A stretch of 64,000 bases of DNA. Origin: Eledone cirrhosa. Lineage: Eukaryota. How positions within the stretch are numbered: the stretch's first letter is position 1; each line of letters starts with the position of its first letter. The stretch spans positions 216,938,001 to 217,002,000 of the forward strand of contig OZ024741.1 in assembly GCA_964016885.1 (NCBI GenBank), written 5' to 3'. Positions 47,995 to 59,750 of the stretch are shown here, piece by piece. Under the pieces are notes generated by a model. The model did not search any database. It was given only the letters and a program-made list of their open reading frames with translations, and had not been told where the DNA came from. A program made the position numbers and the translations under genes.

Positions 47995-48515
47995 TTGTTT
48001 TCCTCTGTCTGGTGGCAGTTGCGAAAGAGATTATATGGTGGACCAGGTTGAACGGACTAAAGACAGACACTTTTCTCTTCGGCCAATCCCTCATCAACTT
48101 CTTCAAGTTTCACCTGGAAAGGAGGGTGAGGGTGGAGAGAGAAGTGCTGCCCCCCAGTACATTTGCTAAAAGGTGGGTGAATGCGGCGAGAATGGCTCGT
48201 GTGAATGGGCCTACTCTGACCATAACTTGAGGAGAGGGGTGCTCTCCTTGATGCCCTAGAAGCGCAGGGTGGTTCAGGATTGGTGGGGTACCCGAATCAC
48301 CCCAGGGTCGTCCACCCCCTATCGGGGAATTTATTTTGTTATATTTTGCATAGTTTATTTTATATTTTATATTTTCATTGTTAAATTAGTCTTGCCATTG
48401 TGCACTTTTACTCGACCTTATTGTAAACCCCCACTGTCCCTGTCTTTGTATTGTCCCCTACATGTCGGCCCTTGTGGCTAATAAATGAAATCGTTATTAT
48501 TATTATTATTATTGT
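47995..48515 (+). mobile_element. 3' fragment of a Tx1-type LINE related to 33798-39716
   Basis: VFLCLVAVAKEIIWWTRLNGLKT...FFKFHLERRVRVEREVL parallels the ORF2 end. Ends aataaa...(TTA)n. Confidence 0.9.
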
Positions 48516-49101
48516 TATTAATGTATATGTGTGTATGTATATATATATGCGTGTATATATGTATATGTATGTGTGTGTATATATATATATATATATATTT
48601 CTTTTTTTTATTTTATTTTATTTTTTATTTATCTATTAATTTTTTTTCTCCTCGTGCAATAGCCATACTCGATAACGAGGGGGCAGCCATCATGTATGTA
48701 TGTATGGAAGTATGTATGTATACATGTATGTGTGCATGTATATATGTATGGAAGTATGTATGAATGTATGTATGTTATATGTATGTATGTTATATGTATG
48801 TATGGAAGTATGTATGTATGTTTTATAATTTCATAATTTTTTACCAATAGAAACGTATGTATGTATATATGTATGAATGTATGTATATTATATATACTAT
48901 ATTATATGTATGAGTTTATGTTTGTATGTTGTTATGTAGCTATATATGTATGTATATATAGCTGTCGTCTATATAAATTATGTACGTCAAATGATAGAAT
49001 AAACAAGAATTGTATATATGTGTGTAAGTTTGTCTTTGTGTGCGAATAGTTATTAGTGAGTATATCTTAAAGTTTATTCAGTCATGCTTTGTATTTTTGT
49101 A

Positions 49102-49494
49102 TAGACTCTCGGGTCACGAATGATCTTCCCCCACCTTCACCCCGCTTGTTAATTTTTCAGATATTTTCCAACCATCCCGCGTTTATTCCACCACCACCAC
49201 CACCACACCCGCTTATTAAATTTTGTTAATCTATCTCCGGCGAAATTATATTTTATGTGGAAATGTGGAAGCATTCCTGCGACAATTAATTTTTTTATGT
49301 CATAAATTCAATAGGATCGGTTGTGGGTTTCGTTGGGGGTTTATGTCATAAATTCAATAGGATCGGTTGGGGGTCTCGGTATATAGACTAAACGATTAAT
49401 TCTGGTTTTTAAACAAATCAACGAAAACAACTTGAAAAAATTACCGATATTCCACCAACACCACCCCACCCCTATTATTTGAGACCTGAGAGTA
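49102..49494. mobile_element. MITE-like element with degenerate TIRs and TA ends
   Basis: ta-gactctcgggtcacgaatga ... ttatttgagacctgagag-ta. Confidence 0.5.
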
Positions 49495-49669
49495 TTCGTG
49501 GTTTCATTTACAAGTAACGTCGTAAGACTTAGAATTTGAGGAACTTTGTTTGTTGCACAGAAGTCTAAATACCTAATTATATAAAATTAGACAGCAAAAA
49601 ATGTGCAAAGATGACACAAAAGACACATAACATAGAGATCTCACCGTGGTACTCCAGCATGGCCTTAAA

Positions 49670-49738
49670 TATTTGTCTGTATATCTGGCTGTCTGCATTA
49701 CGACATTATGGCGCTATGTGTGTGTGCATGTATATATA

Positions 49739-49776
<38 letters not shown>

Positions 49777-50527
49777 TGTAACGTTTTTCAAAATATTTAC
49801 TTCTGCGTTCACAGATTGATTTTTTTAGTTTCAGAAGATCCCGTTAAGGGTGAAAGCAGCGATTCTTTGCTTAAATTTTAATCTGTTATTATAATATATA
49901 TATATATATATATAATTATATATTCGCATGCAGATATTTTTGCATACACAATAACAAAATATAAACAAACGTTTTTATTTCACGAGGCTCGATAAGGATA
50001 AATATATATCAAATATATAAGAACCCTAGAGCAAATCCCGAGCAACGCCGGGCCATTCTGCTAGTCTATATATCTAAAACAGAGAATGTCTGTCTGTATG
50101 TCTGTCTGTCTGTATGTATGTCTGTCTGCCTGACTCCCTAAAGCATGCGAACCACCCAACCGATTGTTTTCAAACTTTACACATGTAATACTTATGGTCC
50201 TGTGAGTGTTTTGAGGAAAAAGAATTTCAAATTTTCAATGCCCTAGGGACCGCATTAGGCGATTTAGCGATCTCTTTCTATAATTCTTAGTCTTTCTTTT
50301 TTGATAGATACATAGATATAACGTTGTGCCCTTATAATATCTGTCTGTATGTCTGGCTGTCTGCATTACGACCTTATGACGCTATATGTGTGTGTGTGAG
50401 TATATGTATATATAGTGTGTAACGTTTTTTAGAAATATTTACTTCTGCGTTCACAGATTGATTTTTTAGTTTCAGAAGATCCGTTAGGGTGAAAGCAGCG
50501 ATTCTTTGCTTAAACTTTAATCTGTTA

Positions 50528-50545
<18 letters not shown>
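49670..50545 (+). mobile_element. Head-to-tail non-autonomous Helitron-like copies
   Basis: 3' hairpin cccgagcaacgccggg followed by CTAG (50037-50064), directly abutting a new TC-start tctatatatctaaaacagagaatgtctgtctg. 49672-49900 is repeated at 50340-50545. An inverted piece lies at about 54210-54250. Confidence 0.7.
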
Positions 50546-50572
<27 letters not shown>

Positions 50573-50724
50573 CTAACAGCAGTATCTGCTTTGATGAAAA
50601 GGTGTTGGTCTTAGCGACTGCGAGTTTCTTGAAAATCGGTCGTAAGGTGTAGCAAATGGCGAAATGTTGAGTGAAATCGTATGGAATATGTGGGAGGTGG
50701 AAGAAATCGTATTTTGAAGAGTTA

Positions 50725-51245
50725 AACGGCTGCCACGCCATCCCTGAACAAAAAATGCAAAGTGTAAAGCTACTATAAGATGTGCAATGATAGGGTCTAT
50801 CGTAGTATAAAAGTTGAACCAAATAAATTGATTTATGTGTGAGGTGGAGCCGAAGTTTCGAATTTAAACGAACTCGGTTTTAAAATGTGGGAGCTAATGA
50901 TAGGTCGCCGCCCCTGAACAAAAAATGCAAAGTGTAAAGCTACTATAAGATGTGCAATGATAGGTTCTATCGTAGTATAAAAGTTGAACCAAATAAATTG
51001 ATTCGTGTGTGAGGTGGAGCCGAAGTTTCGAATTTGAACGAAATCGGTTGAGAAATGTGGGAGCTAGAGCCGAAAAAGCGGAAATTTGAGCGAAAATGTG
51101 ATATTTTCGAATATTTAAGCGGCTGCCACGCTGTCCCTAAACAACAAAAGCAAAATATAAAGCAATTACAGGATGTGCAATGGTAAATTCTATTTTGCTT
51201 TAAAATTTGAACGTAATCGGTGGCAAAATGTGGGAGCTAGAGCCA
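50725..51245 (+). repeat. Three tandem units of about 170 bp within a probable non-autonomous DNA element
   Basis: gctgccacgc..tccctgaacaaaaaatgcaaagtgtaaagctactataagatgtgcaatg...aaatgtgggagcta recurs three times. Confidence 0.8.
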
Positions 51246-51385
51246 AAAATCTTATTTTTCGATACCTAAAAAAAAGTGACCCCTCTATCGATTTTTATCT
51301 GCAGAATGACCCCGGAATAAAAAGAAACGATACGCTGATATATAGAAGACACTCCCCGATGAGTAATCTATGAGCCTGTAAAGTT

Positions 51386-54100
51386 TCATGAAATATTACT
51401 GTGGTGTGATTTAATTTTTTTTATGCCCTCTGTATAGGGGTCGGGGTTTTCAATACTATGATCATATTTAATTTTATTCGTGGCCGTGTTGTGTGAAATT
51501 ATATTAGGTTGTCTATGGTTGGTTGATGATTTAGGTTTAAATTTAATTTTATCTCTATGGCCGGAACGAGCTAAGGCTTCATTATAGTATTGGGAGTTAC
51601 GGTTAAACGTATTCTCGTTGTAAGAAAGACTGGAGATTCTATTAGATACTCCTTTAATGATTGAGGTCAATACAGATTTAGGGTGGTTAGAGTTGGTATT
51701 AACATAGAAAAGTTTTTCATTAGGTTTATGATAAGGAGTATATTTTTTAGAGTCTAAGTAGAGAGTAACGTCCAGAAAGTTAACATTTTTGGTGTTTTTA
51801 TCTAAAGTGATACCTAAGTTGTAGTTTTTAAATATTTTATGTAATTGTTTTCTAGTTCTTTCTATATTGAATTTTTTAAAGTCTAAGAGGAAAAGTGTGT
51901 CGTCTCGATAGAGACCCCCGTTAAGGTAAGGTAGGTTCTTATGCATTTCGTTTAAGAGAAATAGACCAACTAAGTCGGTTACCTGTGCCGAGTCGCTAGA
52001 TCCCATAGTTGGTCTTCAAATTTAATTATTGTTTTCCTGGTCCCAAGGATTATATCTACCTGGGATCTAGTGAGTTCACTATTGTTCATGGTCATTATTA
52101 ATGCTTTATTTAAAAGTATAGGTGAAATAGAGGTGTAGTAGGAGTTTATATCGAATTGGATGAATTTCTTATTATTATATTCATTAATACCATTAAACCA
52201 TTCGATTACTTCACTAGTGTTTCCCCAGAGGTTAAAATTGTTCGTTTAATTTGGGGGATTACTTTATCTAAACGTTTTTACTAATAATACCAATGTCGGA
52301 TCTGGATGGGCAAATAAGTCTAATTGGGGGGTTAGTATTGAAGTCATCCTTATGGTCTTTCAAAGAGAATGGTGAGGGATTAGGGGTGTACAGTTGAATA
52401 TATCTCTCTAGTCCTAATTTACATATTAAACTACGGGCTTCAATATTTATGTCATCCAGATTTTTATGAGATGCTTTTTTGTAGTTCCTATAAAGTTCTT
52501 TATATATAAATTCTCTATATGTATCGTAATCTAGGCTATATATGTTTTTAGTTTTATCAGCTAGTACTAAGATATTCCTATTTTTATTAAAGTTTTTTAT
52601 GGTGGAATTTAGGTCATTTAGGAAGTTCTTCTTATTGTAGTATTTCCTGTACTTAATTGTTTTAACAAGTGACACAAGGTCGTTTTCAAATGAGTCCAGT
52701 AAGATATTGTGTGGAGGGATTTTATGTTTTGAAGCCGTATGTTTCAAACGAAGGTGCATCTTGTTCTTTCACAGCGCGGTTCCTATCATAGTGGAAAGCC
52801 CTCCATCTAACTCTTTTAATAAAAGATTTGACATTATTAATCAGTAGTTTTTCATATGTATCCTTAGATGGTATAGGTATGTTCTCTAAAGACAAAGGAA
52901 GATAATCTTTGATCAAAATATCGGTAATTTTATATATGTCAGCTCTACAAGAAGGAACAGAATTAGTAATGAGGATATTTATATTTATATATGTTTAATA
53001 CAACTATAAATATGGATGGTAGTACTAAGTACTAGCCGGTTACCGGTATGATAAAAGACTCAATGCAAATTTTCAAGTGTTTTACAGAGCTGAGATACAA
53101 AGTCTTAAAACGATCAAATTTTAGTTTAGAACATTTATTTGCTGACAATTGTTTCTTCCAGAGGGAAGTCTGGAACCATCGGAGCATGAGGAATGTTGAA
53201 ACATATGACTAAAATCCTAGTCATTCAGAACATTTAGGGTACATAATTGTTTTTAGTGTCAAAAGCATCGTGTGGAGAGTCAGGAGTTAAAAAGATGTTA
53301 TGCTTGAGAGAACACAATTACAGACAGCACTTGTTGAAAGTGTAAGAGGTATAAACAAAATGTACAGGCAAACAAGTAACAAGCAAGGAAAACTGGTGTA
53401 CAATTCAGGAGTCAATACAGTCAATAAGGCATGTATGAGGAAAGAGTTATAGTGCAATTGAAATAAACATATTTTGTGTGGGGTGTTAAAGCATGTTATA
53501 ATTGTTATAAATGTTTAAGATAGTCTGCAATTTATTAGAGAGGTATGTGGTGATGATGTAGGTATTTGTTATGTGAGGTCTAATGCAAAGCACGTGATAG
53601 AGTTGGATAGGATTTTCATTCAAGTGTTTATGTGTTGTAGTTCGTATGTATATGTATATGTTGTTTGTAACTCACAGCTATTAACCATGGGATTATTTTG
53701 AGTCGTTTAAAGTCAATAGGTGTTTGTTTGTTAAATGTAGATTCCACCGAATTACTGGCCATGTTGTTATTGTAGGTATATTATCTTATGCATTTTTTAT
53801 CTACAAATTATCCTTTCTAGGGTTTGTATTAACCGTTATTAAGCTGTTGGTAAACCGTTAGGCTGCTTAATTTTATGAGTTTACACAGGAAGTTGCAAAG
53901 GGGTTAATAATAAACGGAGGTAATTAAGGTTGTTGATAAATGCAGGGTTGTTTATTTATTATTGTAGTAGTGTTATAAATTAATCTTTATAGAGTATATA
54001 AAATATTATTGGTTATATAATTGTTATCTTTTAAACTTGTGTGGAGGGAGTTAGACACATTTTCTTAATTATTTTATTATAACTAGAAAGTTTTTATATA
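51386..54100 (-). mobile_element. 3'-truncated decayed Naiad-type PLE (third family) with upstream pLTR
   Basis: SLENIPIP, FIKRVRWRA, ADKTKN, LKDHK..F..NP..RLICP, MGSSDSAQVTD, GGLYRDD and SNHP. Hammerhead at 53140. Confidence 0.9.
53140..53186 (-). ncRNA. Minimal hammerhead motif with a variant core (CCGAUGG)
   Basis: Minus strand: UGCU-CCGAUGG-UUCCAGA(cuuccc)UCUGGAA-GAAA-CAAUUG-UC-AGCA. All three stems are intact. Confidence 0.72.
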
Positions 54101-54149
54101 GTTAGTATATGTATATATAATATAAGGTATATATATATGTGTGAGAATG

Positions 54150-54193
<44 letters not shown>

Positions 54194-54399
54194 ACATTCC
54201 CTGAAATATAAGTATTACATGTGTAAAGTTTGAAAACAGTCGGTTGGGTGCTTCTCGAGGTTTAGGGAAGCTAGCTCAGTACCGCTGAAATATGTATAAT
54301 AAAATATACTTGATCACACGAATGTCTATTTTTGTTAATATTTTGAATTAATTTTTTTTTTAGCGATCGACTTTCGTCAAATCGGACCGAGGAAACAAT

Positions 54400-54582
54400 G
54401 TTTCCGTCGGTCTTTCCAGTTGCTAGTACTATCTATAGGTCGCAACTCCAGGTAGAAGGAACAACGTGAAATAAAGTGTCTTGCCCAAGGACATAACGCA
54501 TCGCCCGGTCCACGAATCGAACTTACAACCTCAACAAGATTGTGAATACAATTCTCTAACCACTCAGCCACACGCCTTCACC
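54400..54582 (-). mobile_element. tRNA-derived SINE head
   Basis: Minus-strand A box TGGCTGAGTGG and B box GTTCGATTC, followed by gggcaagacactttatttcacgttg as in the 3920 and 16530 family. Confidence 0.75.
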
Positions 54583-54583
54583 A

Positions 54584-54761
<178 letters not shown>

Positions 54762-54974
54762 TTAAAAATGTACATCTACATATGCATACTGAAATACTAG
54801 TATGCATATGAATACACACACGTATACATATGTAGATGTACCAAGTCTTTCACTGGTTACTTTACTGTGAGTATCCAGCTATTCTGTATGTAAACACACA
54901 GACAAACCGGTTTTTAGAGTCATACTGGTTTTTGAGGAAACACCTTTGTTATTTGTTTTTATATATATATATAT

Positions 54975-55398
<424 letters not shown>

Positions 55399-55446
55399 CA
55401 GGAAAGAAGGTTTACATGGTTTGCTATACAAAAAAGTTTTTAATCA

Positions 55447-55559
55447 CATAGCTTACATTTGTTTCACTGAGCTGGCCTGTCTAGAGATCGCTATCCGCCT
55501 AATTTTGCGTCACTCGATCGCCAATACAGAATTATAACCAGTCAGATCTTCGGAGCATG
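55447..55559 (-). ncRNA. Hammerhead with CCGAAGA core and expanded stem II (3' pLTR)
   Basis: Reverse complement of 63043-63155 with few differences. Confidence 0.75.
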
Positions 55560-55912
55560 CGAGAATGAAGAAAATACACAGGCAAGAAAAGAAAAGAAAA
55601 TATGGAGTAGTTATGGCATTCAATTAGAACAATAACAACAATTATTACAACAATGCTATCAATAAACTATTTAAGGAGACCCTGACATTACTTAGGTGGG
55701 GGGTATATAATGTATCTAATGTTACGGCGTGAAAATCAGCTGTCATAAGGCAAAAAGTATCGTAGTGTGTATCAATTTTAAATTATAAAGATAAGCTAGT
55801 TTTTACAGTCCTTCTCTTCATCTTCAACAGTATACATGAGTGGGACCACTGTCAAAGCTCAATAGTTGTAGAGTTAATACAGAGGTTAACGAATTAATAT
55901 ACGCATATATCT

Positions 55913-55953
<41 letters not shown>

Positions 55954-55986
55954 AATAAAACGAATTAATATACGCATATATCTACG

Positions 55987-56018
<32 letters not shown>

Positions 56019-56050
56019 AATAAAACAAAACACATCGAATAAGAAAAGAA

Positions 56051-57100
56051 ATGTGGAAGACATGGAAAAAATTCCTTAACATAAGAAAACAAAATTTCTG
56101 GAAAGCATACAGATGCGAAAAATATGTCGAAACACATTCGAAATGGCTCTCTCTAACGGCACCCATACTCCCTCGTAAATACCTAATTACAGAAATTGCA
56201 GGAGAACCAGAAGAAGAAACAAAACTCCGATGGGAACTTACATTGACAAAATTCAGGACCGACATCTCCATTTCTGAATGTAAACAATCCCGCTACAAAG
56301 CCAAATATGAAGCTATTGATGACCAAATTGAAGTTGAAATTTCAAAGCTAACGACTGGTATTATAGCTGAAAAACTACGAGAACTATGGATCGGAGATAT
56401 CTCAAAAGAAGAAAACAAATCAAGAAAGGTATGGCAGCAGAAACAATTATTTCTCGATGAATATGCTGCAAATTACGGTAAAGACTCTGGAACCCTGAGA
56501 AAAAGCATTAAAAGTGGACAATCTCATCAACACAACATACGCCAGAACACATGCCAACACAAACACTCACCTTACCTTGAATCAAAGAAGAACTACGGTA
56601 ATAACTCTTCGCTTTTTCTACAAAAACACCCTATCGCACACAACATGAACAAAAAGCACAAACACGATAGGTATTCCTTTGACCAGACCATGAGAAGTAG
56701 TAAAACCAGGAGATCATTCTCAAGATCTCAACAGAGACTACCAACAAGGAATGTGGAAACAAAACGTAGAATAACCAGATCACTCTCAAGATCTTAACAG
56801 AGATTGCCCACAAGAAACTGGACGAAAAAACGATCTAAACCTGAAAGCAAACCTAGGTCATTTTCCCAGATTGTTAAAAATAATGCTAACAGGAAGAAAA
56901 ATAATATACAGAATACCAAAAATAGGACAAAATACATAACGAAACCAAATATAATATCACGACCAAAAGTTCATCAAGCGAACACCAACAGGAATATAAA
57001 TCCTGAACAGAGAAAAATTCATTTTTTAACGTCAGGACAACAAAAACCGGAAAAAGAAAAACTCCAGGAGGAAACATACCCAAAACAGCTGTACACGTAG
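56051..57100 (+). pseudogene. ORF1 of the Neptune-type PLE (helical N-part, basic Ser/Arg-rich C-part) with one nonsense mutation
   Basis: 56051-56797 and 56804-57100 are in the same frame. The TAA interrupts a peptide repeat (SRSQQRLPTRN vs SRS*QRLPTRN), which implies CAA>TAA. Confidence 0.75.
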
Positions 57101-59334
57101 ATCCTAAAATAATTAATTTATCTAAAAGAGATCTTGACAATGATGAAATGCAAATTCTGTCAAAAGGACTGAAATTCACACCGACTCCAGCAGTCAACCA
57201 CCAAGAACTGAAGGAGGATACCCAAGAATTCTGTCGAAAATTACGTCTTGTAGAATTCTTCGCTGATAAAAATAATGAGAGTGATGAATCACTAGTAAAG
57301 AATAAATCAAATTTCACTCCGCCAAAAGGAAGAAATATCTATCTCGACCAATACATTGACATCCTGTCTAAATTTCCTCTTAGACATAATACTAATGTTA
57401 GGCCAAACATTAACAAATCAGAAATGTCTGCACTTAAACGTATACAAAATGATAAAACAATAATAATTAAACAAGCAGATAAAGGGGGTGCAGTTGTTAT
57501 AATGGATACTGAATACTACAAGGATTTGGTTGAGGAACAACTGAAAGACACAACATTCTATCATGAAATACCGTCAAATATAGACCACAACATCATGAAG
57601 AAGATCAACAACCTGGCTTCAAAATACCACAACTCATTTACTGATAAGGAAAGAGACTACATCACCAATTTTGAGCCGAAACCCAGCAACCTGTATGGCC
57701 TACCGAAAGTTCACAAGTCAAAAGAAATACAACTGGCAGTAAGAGCACAAAACAGTGAGTACATTAAATTATTACACCCAAAAGACTTAAAACTTAGACC
57801 TATTATAGCTGGTCCAACATGCCCCACTCACCGTCTAAGCAATTTTGTTGACATTATTTTGAAACCACTATGTATTCACATACCCAGTTTCATCCGGGAT
57901 GATATCGACTTCCTGTCCCATCTTCCCAAAACCACGGAAACGAATTCACTTCTACTCAGTTTTGATGTGGTAAGCCTTTACACCAACATTACACATGATT
58001 TAGGAATAAAGGCGGTTAAATACTGGGTGGAAAAACATAGAGAAGTGATTCCCATTAGATTCACAGCGCCATTTATATTAGACGCAGTTAAACTTATTCT
58101 GGAAAACAACACTTTCTTCTTCAATGGAAAGAATTACATCCAAATTAGAGGCACAGCGATGGGAACGAAGTTTGCTCCCGTTTACGCGAACTCTGTAATG
58201 GGATACTTAGAACAACAACTCTACCAAGAAATAGAGGAAAAATATAGTACTGACTTTAGAAAGTACATTGAAAAATCTTGGAAGAGATACCTTGACGACT
58301 GTTTCATCATCTGGACAGAATCTCTAGATACTCTGGATGAGTTCAATATCCTCCTGAATAACCTACACCCATCTCTCCAATTCACAAAAGAGATGAGTAG
58401 GACCAAATTACCATTCCTAGATATAATGATAATCAAAAACGACACCACCATTACCACGGATATATATTATAAACACACAGACACCCATCAATATCTGAAT
58501 TTTAAGTCGTGCCATCCACCTCATACAAAACGCAACATCCCATACTGCCTAGCCAGAAGAATTTGTACCATTGTAGAAGATACGAATACCAGGTACAAAC
58601 GCCTAACAGAACTAAGAGAATTTTTGCTCAAACAAAAATACCCATCTCTACTTATAGAAAATGGCATACAGCGGGCTATAAAAATACCTATACAACAACT
58701 TAGAACAACCCAAAGAAGAAGAAACCAAGAACTGGTCATACCATTTATAATGACACACAACCCATGTCACCAGAATATCTTCAACACTGCCAAAGCAAAC
58801 CTACCGATCATTGCTCAAAGTAATGAATTAAAAGGCTTAATCACAGATCGATCTTTGACTCTTAGTAAAAGACAGCCAAAAAATTTGAAGCAATTGCTAA
58901 CAAAAGCAAAGTTTGACCTTAACAACAAAGACCAATCATTCACTGTATCTAAATGCAATGATAATCGATGCGGCACATGTCAATCCATACACGCCGGTCA
59001 ATATATGAAAACAAAAACTGGAAAAATATTCACAAATGCAAATATGAACTGCAAAAGCAGAAATCTAATTTACTGCATTAAATGCCCGAATTGTGAAGAA
59101 CTATATGTCGGTCAAACTGGAAATGCACTATCGGAACGTGCACGGGTACACCGTCAACAAATCAGAGACCCAAATGTCCGTCAGATACCCCTAAGCGGTC
59201 ACCTGGCAACATGTGGTCAGGGAATATTTATAATATTCCCATTCTACAAATTACACAGCCCAAATGAAATCAAGAGAAAAATCAAAGAAAAGAATTTTAT
59301 TGATAAATTCAAACCCAAGCTAAATGAACAATAA
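57022..59334 (+). CDS. Intact RT + GIY-YIG ORF of the Neptune-type PLE, probably entered by -1 frameshift
   Basis: The frame is open from 57007 to 59334. The conserved IINLS motif precedes the first ATG (57148). T_TTT_TTA lies at 57022-57028. Confidence 0.9.
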   Translation, partial: FFNVRTTKTGKRKTPGGNIPKTAVHVDPKIINLSKRDLDNDEMQILSKGLKFTPTPAVNHQELKEDTQEFCRKLRLVEFFADKNNESDESLVKNKSNFTPPKGRNIYLDQYIDILSKFPLRHNTNVRPNINKSEMSALKRIQNDKTIIIKQADKGGAVVIMDTEYYKDLVEEQLKDTTFYHEIPSNIDHNIMKKINNLASKYHNSFTDKERDYITNFEPKPSNLYGLPKVHKSKEIQLAVRAQNSEYIKLLHPKDLKLRPIIAGPTCPTHRLSNFVDIILKPLCIHIPSFIRDDIDFLSHLPKTTETNSLLLSFDVVSLYTNITHDLGIKAVKYWVEKHREVIPIRFTAPFILDAVKLILENNTFFFNGKNYIQIRGTAMGTKFAPVYANSVMGYLEQQLYQEIEEKYSTDFRKYIEKSWKRYLDDCFIIWTESLDTLDEFNILLNNLHPSLQFTKEMSRTKLPFLDIMIIKNDTTITTDIYYKHTDTHQYLNFKSCHPPHTKRNIPYCLARRICTIVEDTNTRYKRLTELREFLLKQKYPSLLIENGIQRAIKIPIQQLRTTQRRRNQELVIPFIMTHNPCHQNIFNTAKANLPIIAQSNELKGLITDRSLTLSKRQPKNLKQLLTKAKFDLNNKDQSFTVSKCNDNRCGTCQSIHAGQYMKTKTGKIFTNANMNCKSRNLIYCIKCPNCEELYVGQTGNALSERARVHRQQIRDPNVRQIPLSGHLATCGQGIFIIFPFYKLHSPNEIKRKIKEKNFIDKFKPKLNEQ

Positions 59335-59710
59335 TAACGCCTAGGGGTATTACTTCTACTACCACTATGACCACGACCACTAACAACAACAACAACAACA
59401 ATAATAATAATAATAAAAGTGATGTTGATGGTGATGATTAATAGAAAATGCTATTTTCATCATTTCAAAAAAGCAAAACAATTGATACGTTGGATATGAC
59501 TATTGGTCGTTAGCATGCTCAACCAGCCGTGACGCTTAAACCAATCAGCTGTAGTAATTCAGTGAAACTACACACTGATTGGTCGAAATACAGTTTACAG
59601 GGCTTTGCATTCTGGAGCCACTTTTCTCTGTATAAAATGTATAAAAGGTAGGAAATTTACCCATCTCATTACAGTTGAAAATTGCAAACTCGACTGTCAC
59701 CATATATCAT

Positions 59711-59750
59711 GAACCTGAAGATTGCGAAAGCATGAAAGTACTTAGAATTT
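59711..59750 (+). ncRNA. Degenerate minimal hammerhead in the Neptune 3' pLTR
   Basis: CUGAAGA-uUGC(gaaa)GCAu-GAAA-GUAC-UU with palindromic AAGUACUU. Stem I does not pair well. Confidence 0.4.

Noticed and set aside
54500-54582. tRNA gene
   Set aside because: A and B boxes are present but there is no clean cloverleaf and it runs into a SINE body.
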